A DNA stretch of 64,000 nt. Origin: Antedon mediterranea (Eukaryota > Animalia > Echinodermata). The stretch lies in assembly GCF_964355755.1 (NCBI RefSeq), contig NC_092672.1, positions 25,984,437 through 26,048,436 on the forward strand. The letters run 5' to 3'. A program made the position numbers and the translations under genes. How positions within the stretch are numbered: the first letter of the stretch is position 1; each line of letters starts with the position of its first letter. Positions 49,201 through 61,200 of this stretch are shown here, one piece after another. Under the pieces are notes generated by a model, which was not told the DNA's origin, did no database searches, and saw nothing but the letters and a program-made list of their open reading frames with translations.

Positions 49201-52200
49201 TGTGGATATGTGCGCTTTATAATCTTATTATCTTATCTTATCAATATCATTGGACTGTTGCAAAGAAATTGGTCTAAAAAACATTTTTCCTAAAAACTAA
49301 CATTGTATTATTTATTTATACTGGGTGACCTCTTCAGTCAAAGACTAGTGATTGATTAGTGGATGTACTACAGTAATACACCAGGGTAACAACCCCCCCC
49401 CCCCACACCCTTCATCTAAAAAGATGTACTAGGTTCTTTAGTGCACATGAGCTAGGTTTGTACAGTACGGTTTATAGTCCTTATCCGAGATGACTCGTTC
49501 TTCCACCTCAACCATGGAGCGACCCTTATGGATTCGTACTTACGGTTCAACTGTCTTAACCGCTCCTTTAGGAGGCGATAGAACAATAGGTTACGAAGAG
49601 TGTAAACAAAATGTATTGTACTGTAGCATAATTGTAGCAGGGTACACCTTGCTTGAAAATTGTAATGGCTTTTAAAAGCCAGATTTAAAGTTTCTCATAG
49701 TTATTTGCAGGGAGTTGTAAAATAAGTTTGATTATTTGTGGTTAAAAACCAACATAATAAAGTAAAGTATTTTAAACAAAAGGGAACAATGATAGTGATA
49801 CAGATGTTGGAAGGAAATGATGTTCTTGTTAAAATGTCATGAACTCCATCTGGGATGCCAAGTCTGGACCCTTTTATTGTTCTCATGTGTGCAATTGACC
49901 TGTCAAAATGGAAGTAGATTTCTATTCAAGTTACAAGATTTTTTTTCTTTTTTTCATAATTTCTGTTAGATCAGATAACAATCTATGGTGAAACTTGTGT
50001 TAAACATGTGCCAATGTTGCTACTGCAATTAAAATACAGTCTGTTCCTATAGTAGTTCACTTGTGATCCTGGTGTAATAAAGCGACACTTTATTAATAAC
50101 TCGTACACGAAGGCTTAATTTTTATGCAGGGTTTATTCCTTCAATAACGTATGATACTACAATACATATCCTGGAAACACTGATAATAAATTGTAAGGCC
50201 TCGCACATAACACCGCCTTCGACCACAATGTCCCTTTCAATGCCGTTTTACGTGATTGGCATTATACTGTAGTGTACAAGCATAATTTGCATATAAGTGT
50301 ACAAATACCACAACAATAGAGGGCGCACACTTTAACATGGCTCCCTTGCAAACGATACTAGAGATCTTTGCAAAACATAGAATATAATAACACATTACAA
50401 ACATTAAACAGCACGATCAAGTTATAAAGGCTCCACTGACGGGGATTTGAAACAATAATGAAATTACTTATGATTAAGACTTAAGGTCTATTCAATCAAA
50501 GATTATCATCAGTATAGGCGAATCGCCAAAATCCATATTATTCGCAATACATTTTATAAAAGAGCATGGCTAACCATGATTCTAGTATTATCAAGTTCAT
50601 AAGTTCAATCAACTGGCACCAACTGCACTAGTTTGTGCACAGGTCTTTCCAGCACGGATTGTCGTCGTCCAACAAAGACTGAAACCTTTCTTACGAGCCC
50701 GTCGTCGCTTGGATGCAGTGCAATAACCTTGGCTAATTCCCAGATGTTACGTGGAACGTTGTCTCCCTTCAAAAGCACTACGTCGCCAACTTTGAAGTTT
50801 CTCTTTGGTGACGTCCACTTTGACCGTGACTGCATTGACGATAAGTATTCTTTTCGCCATCTACACCAAAACTCGTTGGATAAGTGTTGCACTCGTCTCC
50901 ATCGCCGTCTACAGTACATATCAGCATTCTGAAAGATACCTGGTGGAGGAACTACAACTTTATGTTTTAAGGTTAGAATGTGATTAGGTGTTAGCGGTTC
51001 CATTGAATTTAGGTCATTTAAGTTGTTAACAGTAAGGGGCCTGGAATTTACAATGTTCATGACTTCGGAAAGCAACGTATGAAAACATTCATCATCCAAC
51101 TGGTTACCATGTATGTTGAGTAGAGGAGCCAATGCATTTCTCACAGTACGAATTTGGCGTTCCCAAATTCCTCCCATATGGCTGGCGGACGGGAAGTTAA
51201 ATTTGAAATGGATATCACAACCTTGGCCCACAAGATATTTCTTGACCTCGTCTTCATTTACGTTTTGCCATTCATTTCTGGTACCGACAAGATTGGTTCC
51301 CCTATCCGTAGTGATAATGTAGTTGTCTGACTGGTCCACGAACACTAACGAACCGTCTTAATGCGTTAATGAACGAATTTGTTTCCAACGTATTTGCCGA
51401 CTCTAAATGTATAGCCTTCGATGATAAACAAACGAAAAGTACTCCGTACCTTTTTACGAGGCTTCTTCTTTCTTTTATGTTAAAAGGTCCAAATAAATCT
51501 ACTCCACTGTAGGTAAACGGTGCAGCATCTGAAATCCTCTCAATTGGTAGGTCTGCCATCTTCTGGTTCGATAATTTACCCCTTAACTTGCGGCAGATTA
51601 CACAACGATGAACCAATTCGCCAACTGTAGATAGACCGTGGATTATCCAATAGCCTCGTTGTCGGACTTCATTTAAGGTTGAAACTTTCCCGGCATGGTT
51701 CATCTGCTCATGAAAATGCGAGATAATAAGATTAGTTAAATGACACCTTTTCGGTAAGATCAAGGGATGCTTAACATCAAATGCAAACTTGGAACGTTTT
51801 ACTCTTCCCCCAACTCTTATAAGTTGGTTTTCATCTAAAAACGGATCTAGTCCATATAGAAAACTTGATCTTTTCAGCTGAACATCTGATTTACGATCCT
51901 CTAAACTGTTCGTGTTTAACAACTTGCTTAGTAATACTTTCTCATCGTAGAAGTGTTGATCTTGAACATGTTTCAATATTAACTTCTCACTTACTTGAAT
52001 GTCATCTACGCAAGGTATGGTACAGTCAGAAGAAATCGATTTAAACATGCTACCCTCCTTTATATTAACTTTAGCAGCATCCATCAGTCGTTTCTTCCAC
52101 ATCAGACATCTAGCGATTACCCTGCGCAACCTGGTCCATGATGAGAAATTATTGCATAAATTAATAAACCATTTCTGAAACAAATCTAAAGATATGCAAG

Positions 52201-55200
52201 TAGAAAATACACAAGTAGTCTTCCGCATCTCGTCTGAAATGTCAACATCAGCAGTTTCCACACAAGATTCAGCAGTCGGTAATGGCTCATTAGTATGCAA
52301 GAAGGGCGGTCCATTTAACCATGTAGAGTTTGTCAGCTGAACAATACTCACTCCCCTTGTACCAGAGTCACTTGGATTAGATGCGGATGGAACGTAATGC
52401 CAATCACTGGTACTGGAGTGGTCATGAATTTGTTGTATGCGGTTAGATACAAATACCTTGAACTTTCTTGCTTCATTTCGGATATACCCCAGAACAACTT
52501 TGCTGTCACACCAATAATAATGTGTAGCATCGTAAGCCAGTTCTCTCGTTATCAATCCACTCATACGTGCTGATAAGGCTGCGGCAACAAGTTCCAACCT
52601 TGGAATGGTAGTGGTTTTGGTTTTTGGTACAATCCTGGATTTACCTAAAAGAAAAGATACGGACAATTGTCCTAGAGTGTTAATTAGTCTGATGTAAGAT
52701 GATTGAGCATAAGCAAATTCACTTGCGTCTGAGAAAAAATGCATTTCTGCCTTGCTCACGGAACCAAAATCAACCGGTTTAAAACATCGTTTGACCTTAA
52801 TGTTCTCGATTCCTGATATTATATCATTTCGCCATTTGGCCCACTTATGATACATCTCGTCTGGAAGTGGATCGTCCCAATCAAGCTGAGACATACACAA
52901 CTCTCGTAGAATCAGTTTTCCAACAATCAATACAGGTGCCAGGAAACCAAACGGATCGTATACTGCACTTAAAGTAGAGAGAATCCCCCGGCGAGTGACA
53001 GGATTATCTTTAAATTCCATTCGAAACTCGAACGTATCCGTTTCCACGCACCAAACAACACCAAGAGCACGTTCAATAGGTAACTGGTCGTGTAAAGAAA
53101 TCTCCTTCCAGTCGGTTGCTCTCAAATCTGTGGGAATTGAATTTAACACTTGTCTATTGTTAGTTACCCATTTATGCAATGTTAAACCTGCCTTAGCACA
53201 CATCTTAGTAGAAGAGTCGATCAATTGAATTGCATCAGCTTCCGATGGAAGAGATTTCAAACCGTCGTCGACGTAAAAGTCATTACGTATGAAGTCAGCA
53301 ACTGGTTTACCGTATTGAGATTCACCATCATCAGCAGCCTTTCGTAGGCCGAAGTTAGCGACTGCAGGCGAACTCACTGCGCCAAACAGATGAACAGTCA
53401 TCCTATGTTCGACTATTTCTTCAGAACCGTCCTTCCACCATAGAAATCGAAGAAAGTTACGATCAGGCTCTGAAACGAAAAACTGGTGAAACATTCCTTT
53501 CACATCGGCTTGAATAGCAATTGGTTCCTTTCTGAAACGAGTTAAGACTCCAAATAAATTGTTAATCATATCGGGTCCCTGTAATAAACGTTTATTTAAT
53601 GATGTTCCAGCATACTCGGCTGAACAATCGAATACCACACGAAGTTTTTTCTTTTTCGGGTGATATACACCATGATGGGGAACGTAATTAATTTCACCAT
53701 TACGCATGTCCAGTTCGTTTACAGGAACCTTCTCTGAACAGTTCTCAAGAACATCTACCATAAAGTTCATGTAGTCATTCTTAAAGGTTGAATTATGATT
53801 TAGTTTGTGTTTAAGCTGTTTTAGACGCTTTAAAGCCATGTTACGATTATTCGGCATACCTTCTCTTATCTTAAAGGGCAGAGGCATTTCGTAGTGATCA
53901 TCTGTACGCTGAACTACATTTGATTCCATGATATCCATGAATTTACGATCATCGGCTGACATTGCAGATTGACCAGGCTTATCGTCATTAAAATCTAGTT
54001 CATACATTATCAAAATCATCTCTTTGGCATTAGTTTGACTAACCAAACGATTCTTCGGTGATACAATCGAGTCTTTTTCCGAAGCAACCATGTGATTAGA
54101 CACCGACACTTCCGGAACCCTTTGGCACATGGTGCCCACGACACCCCATCCAAGAGCTGATAGTTGTCCGTATGGTTCATCTTCTCCACCAGCTATTATG
54201 TCTCTAGGTCTAATGGCATTTGGAACATTGTTTCCTATTAACATTGCTATCGGCACATTCTGCATATAAGGAACAATAACAGATGAAATGCGGTTCAAGT
54301 GAGTCCACTTACTTGCAACAGCTGGAGTAGGAATTTGAGACCTGGTGGCTGGAATTTGATCTCTAGAAAAAACTGTAGGAATTGGTATCACAGTCTTTCG
54401 GTCAAAGCTAACAACTTCCATGTGGCTAAACTTGCGACTTGACACGGATGATTTGCTATGCTTAGTTGACAGAAGTAGATTGGTTTTATTCCCCTCCAAC
54501 TTTAGTTTCTCAGCAATGCTATCTGAAATAAAACAAGTATTAGACTGGGGGTCCAAAATACAATAGATTAGAATTTCATTCTGTGGACATCGAGAACTTC
54601 GAAGCCAAACAGGCACTATCATAGAAGTATTTGATGATTTACTTGTAACGGAGGTGCACAAAGACGTATTAACAGTGCGTTTATCGTTTTGCTTAAAAAT
54701 ATGCAAGCTTGATAAATGTTTGTTTTTACAATGTTTACATGTTATAGCATTAGAGCACTGGTATGCTAGATGTTCATTAGTCATACCACATCCGTAACAT
54801 AACTTGTGTTCACACAGATACTGCTTTCGGTCACGTCTTGTCAGCTTATTAAAACCTTCGCAGTCATCTATATGATGGTCCTTAGTGCAATACGTACAGA
54901 GCACGTTCACTTTGGTGGCAAATGATTGAGATGTTTTGTCGGCGTTGATGCTTCTTCTCTGGTTCATCGATCCGTGGTACGGTTGGTTGTTGAATAAACA
55001 TTGGTATATTGGCTTCATCAGCCCTTGCTCTGACAAAACCTGTAAATATTTCAAAACTTGGAAAAGAGTCAACATTAGCATAAGATTGTACAATATTTCG
55101 CCACTTATTTTCTATGAAATAAGGTACCTTCTTTATTAGTTTAAGGTTCTCTTGAGGGTAATCTAAAACTCCCAAATCCGGAATCTTTTGTTTAGCTACC

Positions 55201-58200
55201 ACGATTTCGTTAAGAAAATCTGAAAATACTCTAAGACCAGGTGCATCTCTTGGTTGGATCTTTGGCCAACTTTCTAACTTGTACAAAAACGCCTTAGAAA
55301 TAACAGCATTGTTACCATATCTATTTTTAAGTTCACTACGTGCACGATAATAACCTTCTTCCGACTGTAGTAACATATAGTTACTTATCATGGCTAGCGG
55401 CTCTCCTGACAGATGTTGACTTAGTAAGTTCAACTTTTCATTCACTGATACGGCTTTAGATTCAATTAAAGAGGTAAATGCACATTCCCACATGGGGTAT
55501 TTTAAAGGGTTTCCATCAAACCTTTCCACCCTTACTGTTGGTAATCGTAATGAATCTATTAACTCTTTCATAACCGGTGCTTGTGGCTGATTAAACTGTG
55601 GCTGATTAAACAGTGAAGGTTGCACAAATGGTGACGAAATCGGAAAGTTTTGTGATGAGACTGGCGTCGTGGCTTGACATGCAACACGCTGTGGTGGTAA
55701 CGTAGTAGCAAGTGATGGTGCAATCTGAAAGTTCATATTTTGTGATGAAACTGGAATCAAGAATTGAGACTCCACACGCTGTGGTGGTAATGAAGTAACA
55801 AGTGAATATGGAGTAAACGATGATGGAACTGTAATGTGTTGAGATGGAGTAAACGATATTGTGGATGTTACTCTAACTGGCACAAATGTCGACGGAAGCA
55901 ACAAAGATGATGTTGCCCGAACAGGCATAGAGTTAGCATTCTTAGTCATTGTAGGTACCGGTATTTGAGCAAAAACACACGTCGGTACAGGAATTGTCAT
56001 AGCTTCAGGTGCGGTAATTATTGGCAATGATATAGTAGGAACTGTCATATATGAAGTAGATGCAATCGACGACGTAACAACCCCAGGTATTGGCGCATAC
56101 TGCCCAAATGAAGATACCGTTGTTGGCCGTTTATACGTATTGTAATGTTGTGTTGCAAACGTAGCATCAACTGAATTACGTTCAACGTTCTTCTCGGGAA
56201 TGTTATCAACATATTGTTGAATATCATCTGTAGATTGTGTAGGTAATTCGTCTAAGTACTCCATAAATGAGGTAACGGATTTAGAATCTAATTGTTTTAC
56301 CTTACTTAGAACGGCGTCCACCTTGGCAAGTTCCTTTTCCTGCTGAAGTTTCATTAATTTTGTTTCATTATCAAGGTGCAAATGTTTCAACCGCATTTCT
56401 TCTTCCGCAAATTCCAGCTCCACTTTAACGGACACCTTTTGTTCTTCCAAGTTCAATAATTTCTCCTTTATGTCAAATCTTGAACTTCTAGCAGAAGAAC
56501 GAGTTCGCATAGACCGCGTAGATTTGCTGGCTGCACTTGTTCCAAATGAACGAGATGAATTTCTAGATGAATCCCGATTTTCCTGTGCCAACTCTTTCCT
56601 GTATTGGTTTCCTTTTTCAGTTTGAGCGGGCACCTTCCTCAAATTGTATCCACCTAAACCAAACTTCGAATCGTCTTCCATTCCGCAACACAGAATAAAC
56701 AATTGGGTTAACAAATTCGATTAGTTTCCGCAACGCAGATAACAATGGCGGCCTCCGCAACACAGAGACAACCTAGATCACCAAATTATTTTGTAACAAT
56801 TAGCAATCAATTATTATACAGTCCTGATCAGTTTCTGCAACTCAAAAACTCAAAAAACAATGGCGGACTTCGCAATCAACTACAGTGGCTTCAATGACTT
56901 ATAGGTACTTCCTATAACGGCACAATTTATTATTGTAATAAAGCGACACTTTATTAATAACTCGTACACGAAGGCTTAATTTTTATGCAGGGTTTATTCC
57001 TTCAATAACGTATGATACTACAATACATATCCTGGAAACACTGATAATAAATTGTAAGGCCTCGCACATAACACCGCCTTCGACCACAATGTCCCTTTCA
57101 ATGCCGTTTTACGTGATTGGCATTATACTGTAGTGTACAAGCATAATTTGCATATAAGTGTACAAATACCACAACAATAGAGGGCGCACACTTTAACACC
57201 TGGTGAAGGCACTTTAGACATCCAGCAATCTTCCACCCCGCTACACCCTTTCCTAACAACCCTCTACACCGTTTCCTCACCCACTCTCCTACACCCTTAT
57301 CTTCCTAAGCCCTTTCCCCAAACCCTTCTCCTTTCCTACACCTTGCTAGATTACTTTGCAAACTTCCATTTTAATCCAAATAATGTTTCTCACTCTGTAT
57401 GAAAGAAAATTGCAATTATTTCAAAATTGATTTCTTAATTAATAATTTAACATTCCATTATGATTCAATTCTGAATTATAACTAATTATTTTTGTTTGTT
57501 TAATTGATTGATTTTTGCAGGTGGATATACAGGTGATATATATTCAAATTCTAATCTGCGGAATAAGAATGATTTATACGAGTACAAGTTCTCAAATGGA
57601 CAGTGGGTGGAATGGAAATTTGAAGGAAGGTAAGGCAAGCAGTAATAGTTGGAAACCTTTTATATGTAACGACCTCCAACCAACTATGTCATTGTGCGCA
57701 TGCAGATATACATTTTAACGTGGGTCCTCGCTCCCTACTTTTTAGATCGATGCATCGATTGATTTGACCCAGTTAGGTTGTTGCAACCCGCAAACTCCCA
57801 CTGCGCTCATCTCCAGATCTCATGTCTCCAGATGCAGTGGTGTTATCTACTTATTATTTTGAATGCACAAAATGTACTGTATATCCTGAGTGCTTAAATT
57901 TACCATTAGTTCTACTAATGTGCTATTTAATATTTCAGCCATTGAAGATACAGATCATTGAGTTTTTGTTACATCATCAATATAGTGATTTTCATGAATA
58001 AACCAATAGGCAGGGTCATACAAAGCAATTGGAAATGTTGTGCCAAGTAATGATAGTTTAGTGTTAGTAAGGCTACAGTCAACCAGTCCTAAATGAATGC
58101 TCAGTTGATACTGTATCTTAAAGGTTACCTGTAATCAGGTCATTTCTGTGACTTCTTGTACCTGTGTACATACAAGTAGAAACATGAAGTGAAATGATTT

Positions 58201-61200
58201 AGCAAATTTCCATTGCGTCTTATCAATACTTTTATTTTCTCTTTATATACCTGCAATTTTAACCCAAGGAACAACCACAGTACTATTAGTAATTTCCTTT
58301 TCATGCCATTTAAGGCCTACCTGTGATGCCTATGGCCATACAGACGTACAGCAATGAGTTAAAAGGAAAAGCCAGCGACTATTTTAATTTAATTGACGTC
58401 ATTACATAAAGGAAACTTATGTCCATCTGTTTTAATTAGAAAGTTTGGAATTTGAAATGTCTGTTATAAATTTCAAAATATAATGATAGCATACTGTATG
58501 TAGTAACTCATAAATCAATGAGACTAATTAGTAAAATAGCTATAGCTTTTTAAATCCATTATAAGCTTTGCTAGGAATTTATATTGTAATGTTGCATTCT
58601 ATATATACATAAGCTTAGATAAAAATATGTATGTGAATAAAAACTATAATTATATGAAAATAATTATAATAATGATTTTTTTCTTTTTTCAATGATCTGA
58701 ATACTGCTATACTTTTTCCACCTTGGATTCTGACAGTGACACCCATACTTTTGCCACATGGAATTCTGATATCTGAAATTCCTAGCAGAGACGCAACACA
58801 AGAACGAAGAAGCAATGCAAGCGAGTTGCCCAATCACAAGCGACAGTTCGAATAATCCATCATTTGTGATTGGTCAAGTCGCAATACGTTCTGCTTACAA
58901 TTTCTTTGCTTTGCGTCTCTACACATGGCATATGCTACACAGTATACTTTTAAAAATGGTTCATAAACAGTCTCTGTGATTGGGACTGAGATGGTCTTTT
59001 TTCAGGACACCTTAGACATCATTATGTCAACAGATTGTGAATCAAACATACACAAAACAATTACACTAGAAATTTTAAAGTGCAAGTGAGAGCTGTGAGT
59101 AGATCAGATCTAATTACTGTACAAATGTCCGCAAACAAAGCGGCAGATATCTTAAAGATAGAAGGGAGGGGATAGAATGCAATAACTTAATCCAAGATTC
59201 TTTTTGCAGACAACCTCCTGCTCGCTCAGCACATGGAGCAGCTGTTTACGATGACAAGTTGTGGATATTTGCTGGTTATGATGGCAATGCAAGGTATATA
59301 TGTAATATCATTAAAAATTAATATAAGAATAAAAAGATATTAAACTCTGTACACACAGTCAATTATAAAAATCACAGCTAAAAAAAACCTTCCATCATAG
59401 AGAAGAGAGACCATCAAAATAGCTGCAGCACATCCATCCAACTGATACACTAATCAAAAATTGTATTCATTTAAACTTGTAGAATCAAGTTATGACCAGT
59501 CTGCTAAAACAAAATAATCAATTAATTTCTTGGCAGTAGAAACTGGTAATTGGTTAAATGAATAAGACGTTCTCAAAATAACGGCGGTTAACCAATCATT
59601 TAATTTCTAGAAGTACAACATTGTTTACCCGGTTATCGTTGTAGTACATTTTAGCTGCAATGTGAAATGACCACCACTGATCTTGAGTAAAAAAAGCTAC
59701 TGTATCTTGCAATTTAGGTGATGTTGACTACCCACTTGTTTAAATTATTATTTGGGAGCACCAAAATACCAGATGCAGTTGTTATATTTTTTAATCTGAT
59801 TTCAGTTATTTTATACTAAACAGGCCCTAAACAACATTTTGAAAGAGCACTGCATATTTCGTTAGAGCTTTGCTATTAAAATTGTAGCAAATGCTTTACG
59901 CTTTTCTTACATACCATCTGTCAGGAAATGGGAGCAGACATATTGGACAACATTCTCACATATTTAATCAGCTGTTTTATTTATTGCTATGCTTCAAGCA
60001 ATTTCTATTTTAGAATTTATAACATGAATGAATGATGAATGAATGATATTACTATACAAATAACGAACGTTTTGTAAAGAATATTTTCATGAGTTGAAAG
60101 ATGTACTGGTCTTTCAGTCAGAAACATTCTTTTTAGGTGATCATTTAGAATAAAATGATCACCTATTGTTATTGTACAAAATCTTTATTAGTTATCCGCA
60201 CTCAGCGGATAACTCCTTGTAACTGTCCTGTTTCATCATCTTTTTTTTTTTTCTGTATTATTCTTTCTTTCTGTCATTTTTGTGCAGAGCATATCTCAAA
60301 AACGTGTAAAGTTAACATTTCATAACTTTGTCAACATATGGGTATTCACCTGAAGTTGTGCTTTTCTATTTCTGAATGACGTCAGAATTGCACAACATGA
60401 CTTACGCGCGTTTTAACGAATTTCGCGTATTTAACATACATCGAAAACCATATAACAATTTAAATTGAAACTTAACAAAAGGTTTAGTTATATCTTGCGC
60501 TAACTGACTTTGTAAAAAAAATGGCATGTTTTACACGAAGTTACGCGCGCACGCGCGTTTAAAATTTCAAAACGCGAAAAATCAATTTCTAATCCACTTT
60601 CTACGCGTTTCATGTCATTTTGAGCAGGTAAAAAATTCCCACGCGTGCGCATTTTTTTACGCGCGCCGTGCGCACGTAGCGTTGAAAACAATTTTTTTCA
60701 CGTGATTTATGTTTTTCCAGCCTTTTTTAGTAATTTTACCAACTTTAAAACGATTTAGACTTAAAATTACGTCATACGGGCACGTCGAATTGGATAATTT
60801 ACGTGAGTTTTTGATGAAAAAGGTAAAAAATTCGTTAAAATTTGTCAAAATTATGCCTTTTTTTAAACAGTCGTAATTTCTAAACTGGACGGTCAACTTT
60901 TTGTGGATGACATATTCTTGAAGTTGATGAGGTGTAGATATCGGATCATGTAATAATATGGCTAACCGGACATTGTGACGTCATCGTATGGCCACGCGAA
61001 TATAAAATATAGGATTTTTGTATCTTTCATCATAGCGCATGACATTTAATAGAGCGCATCTCCAATTATCTGTTTTCCATTTTTACCCCGATTTTTATAT
61101 TATCTAGGTCAATCAACTATCTTTCGTATGAGTTAAAAATATTTTAATTTTTATGACGTCATCATGTCTAAAAATGTAAATAACGTGGGTCACTTATTTT

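Larger units (their letters stand above)
50073..57198 (-). mobile_element. Full-length BEL/Pao LTR retrotransposon, antisense in the 20.7-kb LZTR1 intron
   Basis: 265-bp TG...CA LTRs (50073-50337, 56934-57198), no differences seen by eye; 5-bp TSD CCTGG (50068-50072 and 57199-57203); purine-rich GCAAGGGAGCCA next to the 3' LTR; domain order gag-PR-RT-RH-IN with Pao-type motifs. Confidence 0.96.

Noticed and set aside
54882-55093. Classical -1 ribosomal frameshift between gag and pol
   Set aside because: The frame relation is +1 and no clear slippery heptamer was seen; an indel is the simpler explanation.
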